A DNA stretch of 64,000 nucleotides from Rhodospirillales bacterium (lineage in GTDB: Bacteria; Pseudomonadota; Alphaproteobacteria; JAJFIK01), in assembly GCA_021775005.1 (NCBI GenBank), contig JAJFIK010000075.1, forward strand, positions 11,086 to 75,085, given 5' to 3'. Position 1 is the first letter of the stretch. Each line of letters starts with the position of its first letter. Below the pieces are notes generated by a model. The model worked only from the letters and a program-made list of their open reading frames with translations. It did no database searches and was not told the origin of the DNA. The translations under genes and the position numbers were made by a program. Positions 50,585-59,576 of the stretch are shown here, one piece after another.

Positions 50585-50611
50585 TGATCCAAGTCGGTGC
50601 GCCTTACGTAA
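50585..50611 (+). promoter_or_regulatory. candidate sigma-E-type promoter TGATCC-N16-CGTAA upstream of blc
   Basis: TGATCCAAGTCGGTGCGCCTTACGTAA, about 57 nt upstream of the blc ATG. Confidence 0.45.
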
Positions 50612-50667
50612 AAGAAACAACAAAGGCCACGCGCAAATTTCGTTAGCGCCCCATTTGGTGAGTTGTC

Positions 50668-51237
50668 ATGCATAGCCTTACAAGTGCCCTGGTGAAAGTT
50701 GCCCGCCTCCCCTTACTCCTGGGTCTTTTTCTTGGTGTCTCCGGATGCACCGAAGCCCCGTCTGGCATTGAGCCCGTTGCCGGTTTTGAACCGGAGCGCT
50801 ATCTCGGCCAATGGTATGAAATCGCCCGCCTTGATCATTCATTTGAGCGCGGACTTTCCAATGTCACGGCAAATTATGCGGCGCGTGACGACGGCAAAAT
50901 TGGTGTAGTCAATCGCGGCTTTGATCAAGAGACATGCATGTGGGATGAGGCCAAAGGATCTGCCCGCTTTCTCGGTTCGCGCGATGTGGGCAGCCTGGCC
51001 GTTACGTTCTTTTGGCCCTTTGCCGGGGGCTATCACATCGTTGAGCTGGACAGGGACGAATACCAATACGCATTGGTCTCTGGTCCATCTCGCGACTACC
51101 TCTGGATCCTCGCCCGCAATCCCACGTTGCCCGACGACACCGAAGCGATGCTGATTGATCGCGCGGCGAGGCTGGGGTTTCCGACGGAAGATCTGATTTT
51201 CGTGGATCACTCTGATCCTGATTGTTCGCAGTCATAA
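50668..51237 (+). CDS. blc: bacterial lipocalin Blc (outer-membrane lipoprotein)
   Basis: Lipobox LFLGVSGC and lipocalin motif ERYLGQWYEIARLD. Confidence 0.8.
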   Translation: MHSLTSALVKVARLPLLLGLFLGVSGCTEAPSGIEPVAGFEPERYLGQWYEIARLDHSFERGLSNVTANYAARDDGKIGVVNRGFDQETCMWDEAKGSARFLGSRDVGSLAVTFFWPFAGGYHIVELDRDEYQYALVSGPSRDYLWILARNPTLPDDTEAMLIDRAARLGFPTEDLIFVDHSDPDCSQS

Positions 51238-51278
51238 ATCAACACCACCACAAACCTATTCATCAAGGCATCCGCTCC

Positions 51279-52064
51279 ATGACCCGCAAACTTACTGTGC
51301 TCCCTTCAGTCTTGCTGATTGCTCAACTTGGTTTGGCCATTCCGTCCATCGCCCAGCCTCGTGAATCAGGAAACGGCAATGACCTTTCCATTTCGCTGGG
51401 GGCATTGGCTCTTTACGCGCCTTCTTACGAGGGCTCCGACGAATACGAGTTTCGCGGTTTCCCTTTGATCGATATTGAATACCGGGATCGGTTCTTTCTC
51501 GATGGCCGAAACGGCGCCGGTGTGCACCTGATCAATGAAGGTGCGGTAACGCTTTCGACTTCCATTGGCTATGCCTTTGGCCGCGATGAAGATGATTCAA
51601 GCACACTTCGCGGCATGGGTGATATTGACGGCGGGGCTCTGGCCATCGTGCAAGGCGGGCTGAAGGTGGGCATGTTCAGCGTTGACATGCGGGCACGCCA
51701 TCAATTCAGCGGTACGGGTACAGGCACATTGTTTGATCTGGGGCTAAGCACATTCCAACGCTATGACAGTGGCCTTTTCATTCGTCCAGCAGCCTCCCTG
51801 AGCTATGGAACGGATGACTACATGCAAGCCCATTTCGGCGTGACGGGGATGCAGGCGATCAGCAGCGGTTTGCCAAGTTACCTAGCCTCTTCGGGCATCA
51901 AATCTGTTGGGGCATCAGCCGTTATCGGCTATGCGCTTGACCGGAACTGGTCATTATCGGCGCGCGTTTCCTGGGATCGGTTGCTTAAGGATGCTGAAGC
52001 CAGCCCGCTTACTAACGATGCCAATCAATTCACGTTTGGCGCAGGCTTTTCTCGCAGATTTTAG
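51279..52064 (+). CDS. MipA/OmpV family outer-membrane protein
   Basis: Signal peptide, a Gly/Tyr/Asp-rich beta-barrel-like sequence and a C-terminal F (FGAGFSRRF). Confidence 0.6.
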   Translation: MTRKLTVLPSVLLIAQLGLAIPSIAQPRESGNGNDLSISLGALALYAPSYEGSDEYEFRGFPLIDIEYRDRFFLDGRNGAGVHLINEGAVTLSTSIGYAFGRDEDDSSTLRGMGDIDGGALAIVQGGLKVGMFSVDMRARHQFSGTGTGTLFDLGLSTFQRYDSGLFIRPAASLSYGTDDYMQAHFGVTGMQAISSGLPSYLASSGIKSVGASAVIGYALDRNWSLSARVSWDRLLKDAEASPLTNDANQFTFGAGFSRRF

Positions 52065-52067
52065 GGT

Positions 52068-52514
52068 TTACTTTAGTCTGACAGTACCATCTGCAAAACT
52101 AATCCCAGCCGCTGGAAATGTTCTTCTGATGCCTGCATCACGATTACACAAGAATCTAGTTATTGGTAGGGACACCGAGCCGGACGTCTTGTCGATTAGC
52201 CGATTGGTCAACTTGAGCAGGGTTGTCTTGCCGCATCTGGGGGGGGTGAGATGAACGATTGTCCCTCCATCCTCGACATTGGGCGTGATATTTCGAACGG
52301 CCCATGTCTCAGCCCCACTCGGATCAATCGCATTCATCGGATCATTACCCACATAGGCATACATGTTCATCTGATCCTCGTAGCCGATGGGGTCCGTCTG
52401 ATAGAAGCGCCCCAGGGGGCCGGAGTACATCCGCGCGCGGTAGTAATAAAGATTGGTTTCTGCGTCATAGCGCCGCCCGGTAAAGCGTAAAGAATCGCCC
52501 CCCGCATCATCCAC
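52068..52514 (-). pseudogene. orphan RHS-repeat-associated core fragment with a variable C-terminal tip
   Basis: [53 protein letters not shown] is the RHS core signature. Only 14 aa precede it and about 80 aa of lower-GC tip follow. No upstream RHS body. Confidence 0.6.
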
Positions 52515-52657
52515 CCGCCCGAAGGTGGAATAGGCAAAGGCACAAAAACCGCTTGTCAGGTGCGATTGGCGCCGCTCTTGTTTTCAAAAATCGCCGGCTT
52601 CTGGTGGAAATTGCGGATGCATGGAGACTGTGTCTCCGGTATGGACAAAAAGACTAC

Positions 52658-52675
52658 GTGGCGGAGAGACAGGGA
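52658..52675. repeat. 18-bp exact direct repeat of the tRNA-Ser 3' end (TGGCGGAGAGACAGGGAT)
   Basis: Identical to 52815..52832, which is the 3' acceptor/T-arm of tRNA-Ser. This att-like duplication lies 139 bp away. Confidence 0.6.
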
Positions 52676-52782
52676 TGTGCTCGGCTTGATAAGCCAAGCC
52701 TGCACTGCCGTTGCTAATCTCGCTGGCGCTCGAAAAGCGTCCGGTCGAACGGCGTTCAAATCCGCCCGGCCCTGCCTCATAA

Positions 52783-52812
52783 CAAAAAGCCGCCCCATGG
52801 GCGGACTTTTGT
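52783..52812. terminator. hairpin terminator downstream of tRNA-Ser (AAAAAGCCGCCCCATGGGCGGACTTTTGTT)
   Basis: Stem GCCGCCC/GGGCGG(A)C flanked by A/T runs. Bidirectional-looking. Confidence 0.55.
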
Positions 52813-52814
52813 TA

Positions 52815-52904
52815 TGGCGGAGAGACAGGGATTCGAACCCTGGGAACGCTCGCGCGCTCAACGGTTTTCGAGACCGCCCCGTTCGACCACTCCGGCATCT
52901 CTCC
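52815..52904 (-). tRNA. tRNA-Ser(CGA): tRNA-Ser (anticodon CGA), class II with a long variable arm, encoded CCA
   Basis: Hand-folded. Acceptor GGAGAGA/TCTCTCC, D-arm CCG-GAGTGGTCGAA-CGG, anticodon stem GCGGT/ACCGT with loop CTCGAAA, long variable arm, T-arm CAGGG-TTCGAAT-CCCTG, discriminator G plus CCA. Confidence 0.85.
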
Positions 52905-53009
52905 GCAGGAAGGCGTGGAGCCAAAGGGCCCGCGCCGGTGAACAGCGGCGCGGACCATAACCAGCCTCGCCCTACGGGGCAAGATGCGGGCGGGCTTGCG
53001 CGCATTATT

Positions 53010-53942
53010 CTACGAGGCGGGAGAGGCTTGCAGCCAAAGCCGTTCAGCCTCTGAATCAATGATGAAATATTGATCCGACAACAGATCACTCCCAAGAATG
53101 ATTGTTGGTGTAGTTTCCTGCCTCAGCATTTGGAATATTGAAACATCGGAGGCGGTCAACGCTTCTTCGGACCATTCCTTCGCACCCAGTGTGATCAGCC
53201 CCACCGGCAAGCTCCACGCCGCAATGGGGTCATCGGTGGCACCGCGAATAGGCTCATCTTCTGCAAGTCCTGCTGTGGTGAGATCTTCCACACCAAGGGC
53301 AGCAGCCCCGGCAGGATTAATGGTGCTGCGCCGCGCGCCGGTATCGATGACCGCATCAAAAGCCACGCCATCAATCTCAACCTGGGCCCACAAGAACAGG
53401 CCATGACGCCGCTCTGTCGAAATACCGATCCAACTGCCACCATAAGCGCTGGCAGGATCAAAGCTGCCGGCATTGCCCACAGCGGCGGCATAGATATCCA
53501 AGCGGTCTTCGCTTGCAGCAAAGCCAACTGGTTGCGCGAAAAGAACGCCAACGCCCAAAACACCGGCGATATCAGAAAAATGTTCCACATCTGGAAGTGC
53601 AATCACCGTATCAATGTCGAAGGTCCAAGTGCTGGCTTCAAGGGTACCCAAGCTCACTTGACGTGCTTCGGTAACGCCGCTGGCCCCCTGGACCATGATG
53701 CGCTCCGCACTTTCCACTTCGCTAAGGCCTGCCTCAACGGCAAAGCTGTCGAACACCATTGTGCTACCTGACGCAGAGTCAACAATGAAAGTGTAAGGCC
53801 CCTCGCCATTGACCATGAAGTCAACAAGAAAATGTCCGTCCTCGGACAATCGCGCGGGCACAGGAATGGGCGATGCCGAGACCGGTGTGCCCAGTGTCGG
53901 CAGTGCCAGAATGAAAATAAAAATTGCTAGTAGTCGTTGCAT
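53010..53942 (-). CDS. secreted pseudo-dimeric retropepsin-like (clan AA) aspartic protease
   Basis: Signal peptide. The second lobe carries VIDTGARRST (D-T-G-A). The first lobe has IVDSASGST in the homologous position. The start was chosen at MQRLLAIF; the ORF extends to 53996. Confidence 0.55.
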   Translation of the reverse strand: MQRLLAIFIFILALPTLGTPVSASPIPVPARLSEDGHFLVDFMVNGEGPYTFIVDSASGSTMVFDSFAVEAGLSEVESAERIMVQGASGVTEARQVSLGTLEASTWTFDIDTVIALPDVEHFSDIAGVLGVGVLFAQPVGFAASEDRLDIYAAAVGNAGSFDPASAYGGSWIGISTERRHGLFLWAQVEIDGVAFDAVIDTGARRSTINPAGAAALGVEDLTTAGLAEDEPIRGATDDPIAAWSLPVGLITLGAKEWSEEALTASDVSIFQMLRQETTPTIILGSDLLSDQYFIIDSEAERLWLQASPAS

Positions 53943-54021
53943 GATGGGCCTCCCTTGGTTGCTCACCATGGAGCGCCCTGAGCGGCGCAGGTTCAACTTA
54001 ACTCTGTGTCATGAACAAGAT

Positions 54022-55008
54022 TTAATCTGCGGCTGCGCTTTGTGAAGTCGTTCCTTGCTCAGCAAAGAAGTTCCCTAAAACCGAAGGGTGCCGCGCTTGC
54101 ACCCAAAGCTGCCGGCCAATGGGATCAATGACAAAATTCTGCTCCGCCAAAAAATCGGCGCCCAGGATCATGACCGGTTGATCATCTGCTTCAAACGACG
54201 CAAAAATGGGCAAATCCGCCAGCGAGATTGTGCGTGCCGCCCAGACCCGCTCGCCCAACTGCAAGGTTGAAACCGGCACAATCCAGGCTGCAACCATGTC
54301 AGGGGAAGCACTTTGAATGGGCGCGTCTTCAGTAAGCGCCACATAGGCCGGATCAATGCCCGCCGCAACAGCAGCAGCAGAGTTGATCGTTGAACGCTGC
54401 GCGCCGGTATCGATTAGGGCCGGAATTGTTACGCCATTGATGGCAACATCAATCCAGTAAAACCCTTGGCCTTCGGCAAAACCTTCACGCTCGGACATTT
54501 CAACAGCAAACCAACTTCCCTCTAGATCGGTTTCGGGATCAATCGCCTCACCGGTGCGATAAAGATGCAAACGCCCTTCGGACAAAGCAAATCCCACCGG
54601 CTGGCGGTAAAGAACGTCCGCGCCCAAAATGCCGTAGCTTGTTTCTTCAAGCGCCAGCCCGGGGCTAAAACTCAAGATATATGGCAGATCAATTTGCTCT
54701 GCGCCGATGCGAACACTGCCCAGCTCAACCACTTCGGCCGCAATGGACCCGCTGGAGGCTTGCAGCGTAATGGTACCTTCGCTCACGACCCGCTCCAGCG
54801 CCATACGGTCTGAAAGATTGTCGAATATAATTGTGCCGCTGGCGGCGCTGTCCACAATAAAGGGATAAGGCCCCTCGTCATTGACCCAGGTGTCGATAAT
54901 GAGGTGATGGTCGCTGGTGAGCCGTACCGGCACGTCAAAGGGGTCCGCGGCCAGCGCCGGAAGGCAGCCAGCTATCCCCATTGCAAGTGCGAGCAAAACG
55001 CGCGTCAT
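54022..55008 (-). CDS. secreted pseudo-dimeric retropepsin-like aspartic protease (tandem paralog)
   Basis: Paralog of the upstream gene with the same length. LIDTGAQRST in lobe 2, IVDSAASGT in lobe 1. Signal peptide MTRVLLALAMGIAGCLPALAA. Confidence 0.55.
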   Translation of the reverse strand: MTRVLLALAMGIAGCLPALAADPFDVPVRLTSDHHLIIDTWVNDEGPYPFIVDSAASGTIIFDNLSDRMALERVVSEGTITLQASSGSIAAEVVELGSVRIGAEQIDLPYILSFSPGLALEETSYGILGADVLYRQPVGFALSEGRLHLYRTGEAIDPETDLEGSWFAVEMSEREGFAEGQGFYWIDVAINGVTIPALIDTGAQRSTINSAAAVAAGIDPAYVALTEDAPIQSASPDMVAAWIVPVSTLQLGERVWAARTISLADLPIFASFEADDQPVMILGADFLAEQNFVIDPIGRQLWVQARHPSVLGNFFAEQGTTSQSAAAD

Positions 55009-55260
55009 GGCTCCCCCTGGAACGCGGTGAATCAGTGCCGGGGCAGTTTCGCGCCCTGCTGCCCCGGCGGCAAGTTAAACGTCGTCCACTATTTGTTGCT
55101 GCAATGCACCCAAAAACCCTCAAAACCCCGGAAAATCGGGCGGTTTATCAGTTGACTTGGGCCCCCGCGCCGTTATATTGCGCGCCTTCGCCGGGCTTTC
55201 GGGCTCCGCGGAGCGCTAATTATTGGCGGAAATCTGCTAAAAACAGGACGGAATAGGCCC

Positions 55261-55575
55261 ATGTTCGCGGTCATTAAGACAGGCGGCAAGCAATACACGG
55301 TCCGCAAGGACGACGTCATCGAGATTGAAAAGCTCGAAGGCGGCGCTGGCGACAAAGTATCGTTTGATGAAGTGCTGCTGGTTGGCGGCGAAGGCACCCC
55401 GAAAGTTGGGACACCTTTACTTGCTGGTGCCACAGTGGCGGGCGAGCTGGTTGACCAAACCCGCGGACCGAAGATTATTGTCTTCAAGAAAAAGCGCCGC
55501 CAGAATTACCGGCGTAAAAAAGGTCACCGCCAAGACCTGACACGCGTGAAGATTACAAATATCGCGGCAGGCTAA
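55261..55575 (+). CDS. rplU: 50S ribosomal protein L21
   Basis: [25 protein letters not shown]. Confidence 0.95.
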   Translation: MFAVIKTGGKQYTVRKDDVIEIEKLEGGAGDKVSFDEVLLVGGEGTPKVGTPLLAGATVAGELVDQTRGPKIIVFKKKRRQNYRRKKGHRQDLTRVKITNIAAG

Positions 55576-55609
55576 GGCCTTCCCCGCAAGCTGACGAAGG
55601 ACAAGTACG

Positions 55610-55885
55610 ATGGCACACAAAAAGGCAGGCGGTTCCTCCAGGAACGGACGCGACTCAGCGGGTCGGCGCCTCGGTGTGAAGAAGTATGGCGGAGAACACG
55701 TGATCTCCGGCAACATCATTGTGCGCCAGCGCGGCACCAAAGTTCACCCAGGCCAGAATGTGGGCCTTGGCAGAGACCACACCATTTTTGCGGTGGAAGA
55801 AGGCAACGTCCGATTCCATACCGGCAAACTTGGGCGCACCTATGTATCGGTAGATCCGATTATGGCGGCGACTCCGGCAAAATAA
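55610..55885 (+). CDS. rpmA: 50S ribosomal protein L27
   Basis: [29 protein letters not shown]. Confidence 0.95.
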   Translation: MAHKKAGGSSRNGRDSAGRRLGVKKYGGEHVISGNIIVRQRGTKVHPGQNVGLGRDHTIFAVEEGNVRFHTGKLGRTYVSVDPIMAATPAK

Positions 55886-55935
55886 CCAGCGGCAATATAG
55901 GATTGCCACGAAGGTGGTGATCCAAAAAGTTCCGA

Positions 55936-55971
55936 AGGGGGAGATGGATTACCATCTCTCCCTTTTTTCTT
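55936..55971 (+). terminator. rho-independent terminator after rplU-rpmA
   Basis: GGGGGAGATGG-ATTA-CCATCTCTCCC followed by TTTTTTCTT. Confidence 0.7.
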
Positions 55972-56015
55972 CCCCGCATGACCCTTACCCCCCTCCCCGG
56001 AGGGCACCGGGGTCG

Positions 56016-56606
56016 ATGGAGGCCGACATGCTTCAGACAGAGGACCTGAAGCTTGAAACGAGGCGGCTCATTTTGTGCCGCCCTAGCATTGCAGATGCTG
56101 ACGCAACCCAGCACTTGATCAACAATTGGAATGTTGTGAAGTGGCTTGGTCGCGTGCCGTATCCTTATCCGGAAACTGGCGCGCACGACTGGATTGAACG
56201 AATGTCGATTGAGGTCGCTAAAGGCACCAAATACGCCTTTGGTCTCTATCCGAAATCGCTCTCGCAAGACGGCGTCATTGGCAATGTTAGCCTTGAGATC
56301 AATCAAAATGATCAATGGGAAATCGGCTATTGGCTGGGTGAGCCCCATTGGGGCCGCGGGCTTATGAGCGAAGCGGTAACGCGCGTGGTTCAGTTTGCGT
56401 TTGAAGATGCGAACCTGCCGCGCATCACCTCCGGCCACTTTATTGGTAATGCGGGGTCGGCGCGGGTGCTGTTGCGCTGCGGCTTTGAATATACCGGCGA
56501 GGGCCGCCGCTGGTGTGAAGCCCGCAGCCATGACGTCGACGCCATGGAAATGGAACTTAGCGCTGAGAAGTGGCGCGCTTATCACCCCGCCATTGCGGCT
56601 GAGTAG
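56016..56606 (+). CDS. GNAT family N-acetyltransferase (RimJ/RimL-like)
   Basis: GNAT motifs IGYWLGEPHWGRGLMSEAV. The start was chosen downstream of the terminator. The ORF extends to 55914. Confidence 0.65.
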   Translation: MEADMLQTEDLKLETRRLILCRPSIADADATQHLINNWNVVKWLGRVPYPYPETGAHDWIERMSIEVAKGTKYAFGLYPKSLSQDGVIGNVSLEINQNDQWEIGYWLGEPHWGRGLMSEAVTRVVQFAFEDANLPRITSGHFIGNAGSARVLLRCGFEYTGEGRRWCEARSHDVDAMEMELSAEKWRAYHPAIAAE

Positions 56607-56699
56607 GAAAATGCACCGGATGCTCACGCGTCCGGTGCATTGGCCAATGGTGCCACCTAAGGTTAAACTCCTGTCCAATTGTGCAGCGGAGGAATGACC

Positions 56700-57749
56700 A
56701 TGTTTCGGCGACTTGGGTTTGCATTTTTCATCTTGCTACTAAGCATCGGATCGGTTGCTGCTCAGAAGGATGTTGAAGACCTCGGGGCGTCCTACTACTA
56801 CAACCGCGCATTGATCGAGGCCGACCACGGACAACATGACCGGGCTATCGATAATTTCACGCAAGCCATTGAGCGCAACCCAAATCGCGGCGACTTCTTC
56901 TACTACCGCGGGATATCAAACCAAGCGTTGGCAAATTATGAAGCTGTCGTGTCAGACCTGACCGAAGCTTTGCGGCTGACTCCGACGGCAAGTCCCCTAA
57001 GGCGATTTGATATGCTCGGACGCCGCGGACATGCATATATGCAGCTACGTGAATTTGACCTTGCTCATCGCAACGTCGAAGAAATGATCTCTCTCAATCC
57101 TACGACGATCGACACTATTGGCGAGGAACCAATACTTTATGGTCTTGCTTTTGACAAACAAGTTGATCAATACACAGAGTATCTCGCAGAGCGACCTGAC
57201 AGCTTCGTTATCCTTGCCTCGCGCGGTCGCTTGTACCAACAGCAAGAAGACTGGAATCGTGCAATCGTCGATTTTACCCGTGCAATCGAAATCAGGTCAG
57301 ACCATTGGAATGCCCGCTTGCAACGCGCTAAGTCAAACCAAGAATTGGGCAACTTCGAAAGCGCAATCGCTGACCTTGATGTCTTGGTTGAAAGCGCAGA
57401 CCATCCGTCGATATACCTGAATGAACGGTGCCGCGCACATGCGCGATGGGGAATCGATTTGGATCAGGCATTAGCGGACTGCACAGCCGCTATGAGGCTT
57501 GAAACCTATGCCATCTATGTTGAAAGCCGAGGCCTGGTCTACCTACTTCAAGGTAATTTTGATGCGGCAATATCCGACTACTCATTGGTGATCGATTACG
57601 ACCCGCAACTGCCGGAATCCCATTTCGGCCGAGGCATTGCCCATCTGCGCAACGGACAGACAGAGCAAGGCGAGGCAGATATCGCTCGTGCCCTCGAGCT
57701 CGACCCCGATGTTGAAGCCAAATTCGCGCCATATGGCATAACGCGCTAG
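56700..57749 (+). CDS. secreted tetratricopeptide (TPR) repeat protein
   Basis: Signal peptide MFRRLGFAFFILLLSIGSVAA, then multiple TPR-like repeats (YYRGISNQALANYEAVVSDLTEALRL and others). Confidence 0.6.
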   Translation: MFRRLGFAFFILLLSIGSVAAQKDVEDLGASYYYNRALIEADHGQHDRAIDNFTQAIERNPNRGDFFYYRGISNQALANYEAVVSDLTEALRLTPTASPLRRFDMLGRRGHAYMQLREFDLAHRNVEEMISLNPTTIDTIGEEPILYGLAFDKQVDQYTEYLAERPDSFVILASRGRLYQQQEDWNRAIVDFTRAIEIRSDHWNARLQRAKSNQELGNFESAIADLDVLVESADHPSIYLNERCRAHARWGIDLDQALADCTAAMRLETYAIYVESRGLVYLLQGNFDAAISDYSLVIDYDPQLPESHFGRGIAHLRNGQTEQGEADIARALELDPDVEAKFAPYGITR

Positions 57750-57825
57750 AAAAAGTGGTTGTGCGGGCGGGGCCATTGGCCAGGACGGATTGCTTTTTCT
57801 GCCCATTTCCTGAGATAACCCGCCC

Positions 57826-58860
57826 ATGAAATTCTTGGATCAAGCCAAAGTCTATATCCGTTCCGGCAATGGCGGCGGCGGAAGTGTCTCCTTCCGGCGG
57901 GAGAAATTTGTCCAATTCGGCGGCCCGGACGGGGGCGATGGCGGCCGCGGCGGCGACGTCTGGGTGGAAGCGGTGGATGGCCTCAACACCCTGATCGATT
58001 TCCGCTACCAGCAGCATTACAAAGGTGCCACGGGAACCCATGGCATGGGCCGCAATCGCTCCGGCCCCAATGGCGCCGATGCCATCTTGCGCGTTCCCGA
58101 AGGCACGCAGGTTTTTGACGATGACGGCGAAACTCTTATTGCTGATCTTGAGCATATTGGCGACAAGGTCCTGCTTGCGCGCGGCGGCAACGGCGGCTTT
58201 GGCAATACCCATTTTAAGGGACCCGCCAATCAGGCCCCGCGCCATGCCAATCCGGGACTGCCCGGTGAGGAGCGCACGATATTCCTGCGTCTGAAACTCA
58301 TCGCCGACACCGGGCTTGTAGGTTTGCCTAATGCTGGCAAGTCAACTTTTCTGGCGGCGGTGAGCGCGGCCAAGCCAAAGATTGCGGATTACCCCTTCAC
58401 GACACTTCATCCCGGCCTTGGCACTGTGCCTATCGACAATGATGCCATCGTCATCGCAGACATTCCCGGCCTCATCGAAGGGGCGCACGAAGGCGCCGGC
58501 CTTGGTGATCGCTTTCTGGGCCATGTGGAACGCTGCACCGTGCTGCTGCATTTGGTGGACGGCACCTCTGAAGACGTGGCCGCAGCATATCGCACGGTGC
58601 GTCATGAGCTGGATGAATATGGTCATGGCCTGCGGCGGAAGCGCGAGGTTGTGGCGCTCAACAAGGTCGATGCCTTGACACCTGACGTGATCGAAGAACG
58701 CGCCGCGGCCCTTGAAGAAGCATGCGGATCATCCGTGTACCGCCTATCGGGGGTTTCCGGCGAAGGCACCCGCGAGGTCTTACGTGTGCTCTACCGCATC
58801 ATCAGCAGCGAACGCGCAGCGAAGAAACGCCCGGAGGAAAAGGTCGAGTGGCACCCCTAA
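57826..58860 (+). CDS. obg: GTPase Obg/CgtA
   Basis: Obg fold [29 protein letters not shown]1 [10 protein letters not shown]3 DIPG, G4 NKVD. Confidence 0.95.
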   Translation: MKFLDQAKVYIRSGNGGGGSVSFRREKFVQFGGPDGGDGGRGGDVWVEAVDGLNTLIDFRYQQHYKGATGTHGMGRNRSGPNGADAILRVPEGTQVFDDDGETLIADLEHIGDKVLLARGGNGGFGNTHFKGPANQAPRHANPGLPGEERTIFLRLKLIADTGLVGLPNAGKSTFLAAVSAAKPKIADYPFTTLHPGLGTVPIDNDAIVIADIPGLIEGAHEGAGLGDRFLGHVERCTVLLHLVDGTSEDVAAAYRTVRHELDEYGHGLRRKREVVALNKVDALTPDVIEERAAALEEACGSSVYRLSGVSGEGTREVLRVLYRIISSERAAKKRPEEKVEWHP

Positions 58861-58892
58861 ACACACCTTTGCCGCCGGACTTGGACGCCCTA

Positions 58893-59495
58893 ATGGGCGA
58901 GCCGATTTCAGATCATGCACGCATTGGGCTTTTGGGGGGCTCGTTCAATCCTGCCCATGAGGGCCATCTTCACATCACTCTTGAAGCGCTGGAGCGCCTG
59001 GGCCTGGACCAAGTGTGGTGGCTGGTCTCGCCACAAAACCCGCTGAAGCCCAAAGCTGAGATGGCTGAGCTTGAAGCGCGCACTGAGAGTGCCGAAAAAA
59101 TTGCCACGCATTCTGCCATCCGAGTTTCAAATCTGGAGAGCACCCTTGGCACGCGCTATACCGTGGACACGGTGGAAGCCCTTTTGAAGCTTGGGCCGCG
59201 TGTCGATTTTGTCTGGCTCATGGGCGCAGATAATTGGCAGCAACTGCCCCAATGGCATCGCTGGCAGGATCTGATGCAATTGGTTCCCGTGGCCATATTG
59301 GATCGCACGCCCCAGAAGGAGGCGACCATTTCGGAGGAGGCAGCGCGGATTTTCGCCAAATCCCAATGGACTGAGGCCAAAGCCAAGCAATTAGCGGGGG
59401 CCCCCGCGCCCGCCTGGGTCTTCCTTGAAACCCCGCGTCACCCCCAATCTGCCAGCGAAATCCGCGCAAAAGGCAAATGGCCGGTCAAGCGTTGA
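58893..59495 (+). CDS. nadD: nicotinate-nucleotide adenylyltransferase
   Basis: RIGLLGGSFNPAHEGH, the (H/T)xGH nucleotidyltransferase motif. A GTG at 58848 is also possible as the start. Confidence 0.8.
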   Translation: MGEPISDHARIGLLGGSFNPAHEGHLHITLEALERLGLDQVWWLVSPQNPLKPKAEMAELEARTESAEKIATHSAIRVSNLESTLGTRYTVDTVEALLKLGPRVDFVWLMGADNWQQLPQWHRWQDLMQLVPVAILDRTPQKEATISEEAARIFAKSQWTEAKAKQLAGAPAPAWVFLETPRHPQSASEIRAKGKWPVKR

Positions 59496-59576
59496 ACCCA
59501 GCGGCCTCCCCCCCTATGGTGCCGCCTCTCAATCACCCAAGACTGATTCAAAAAACCCGCCGGGACGCAAATTCAT

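Noticed and set aside
52556-53095. 179-aa ORF on the - strand
   Set aside because: It overlaps the tRNA-Ser gene, its terminator and the att-like repeat. The Arg/Pro-rich translation is typical of a GC-rich spurious frame.
55891-55935. TGATCC hexamer at 55901 as a further sigma-E promoter
   Set aside because: No CGTA element lies 16 nt downstream. It sits immediately before the rplU-rpmA terminator hairpin.
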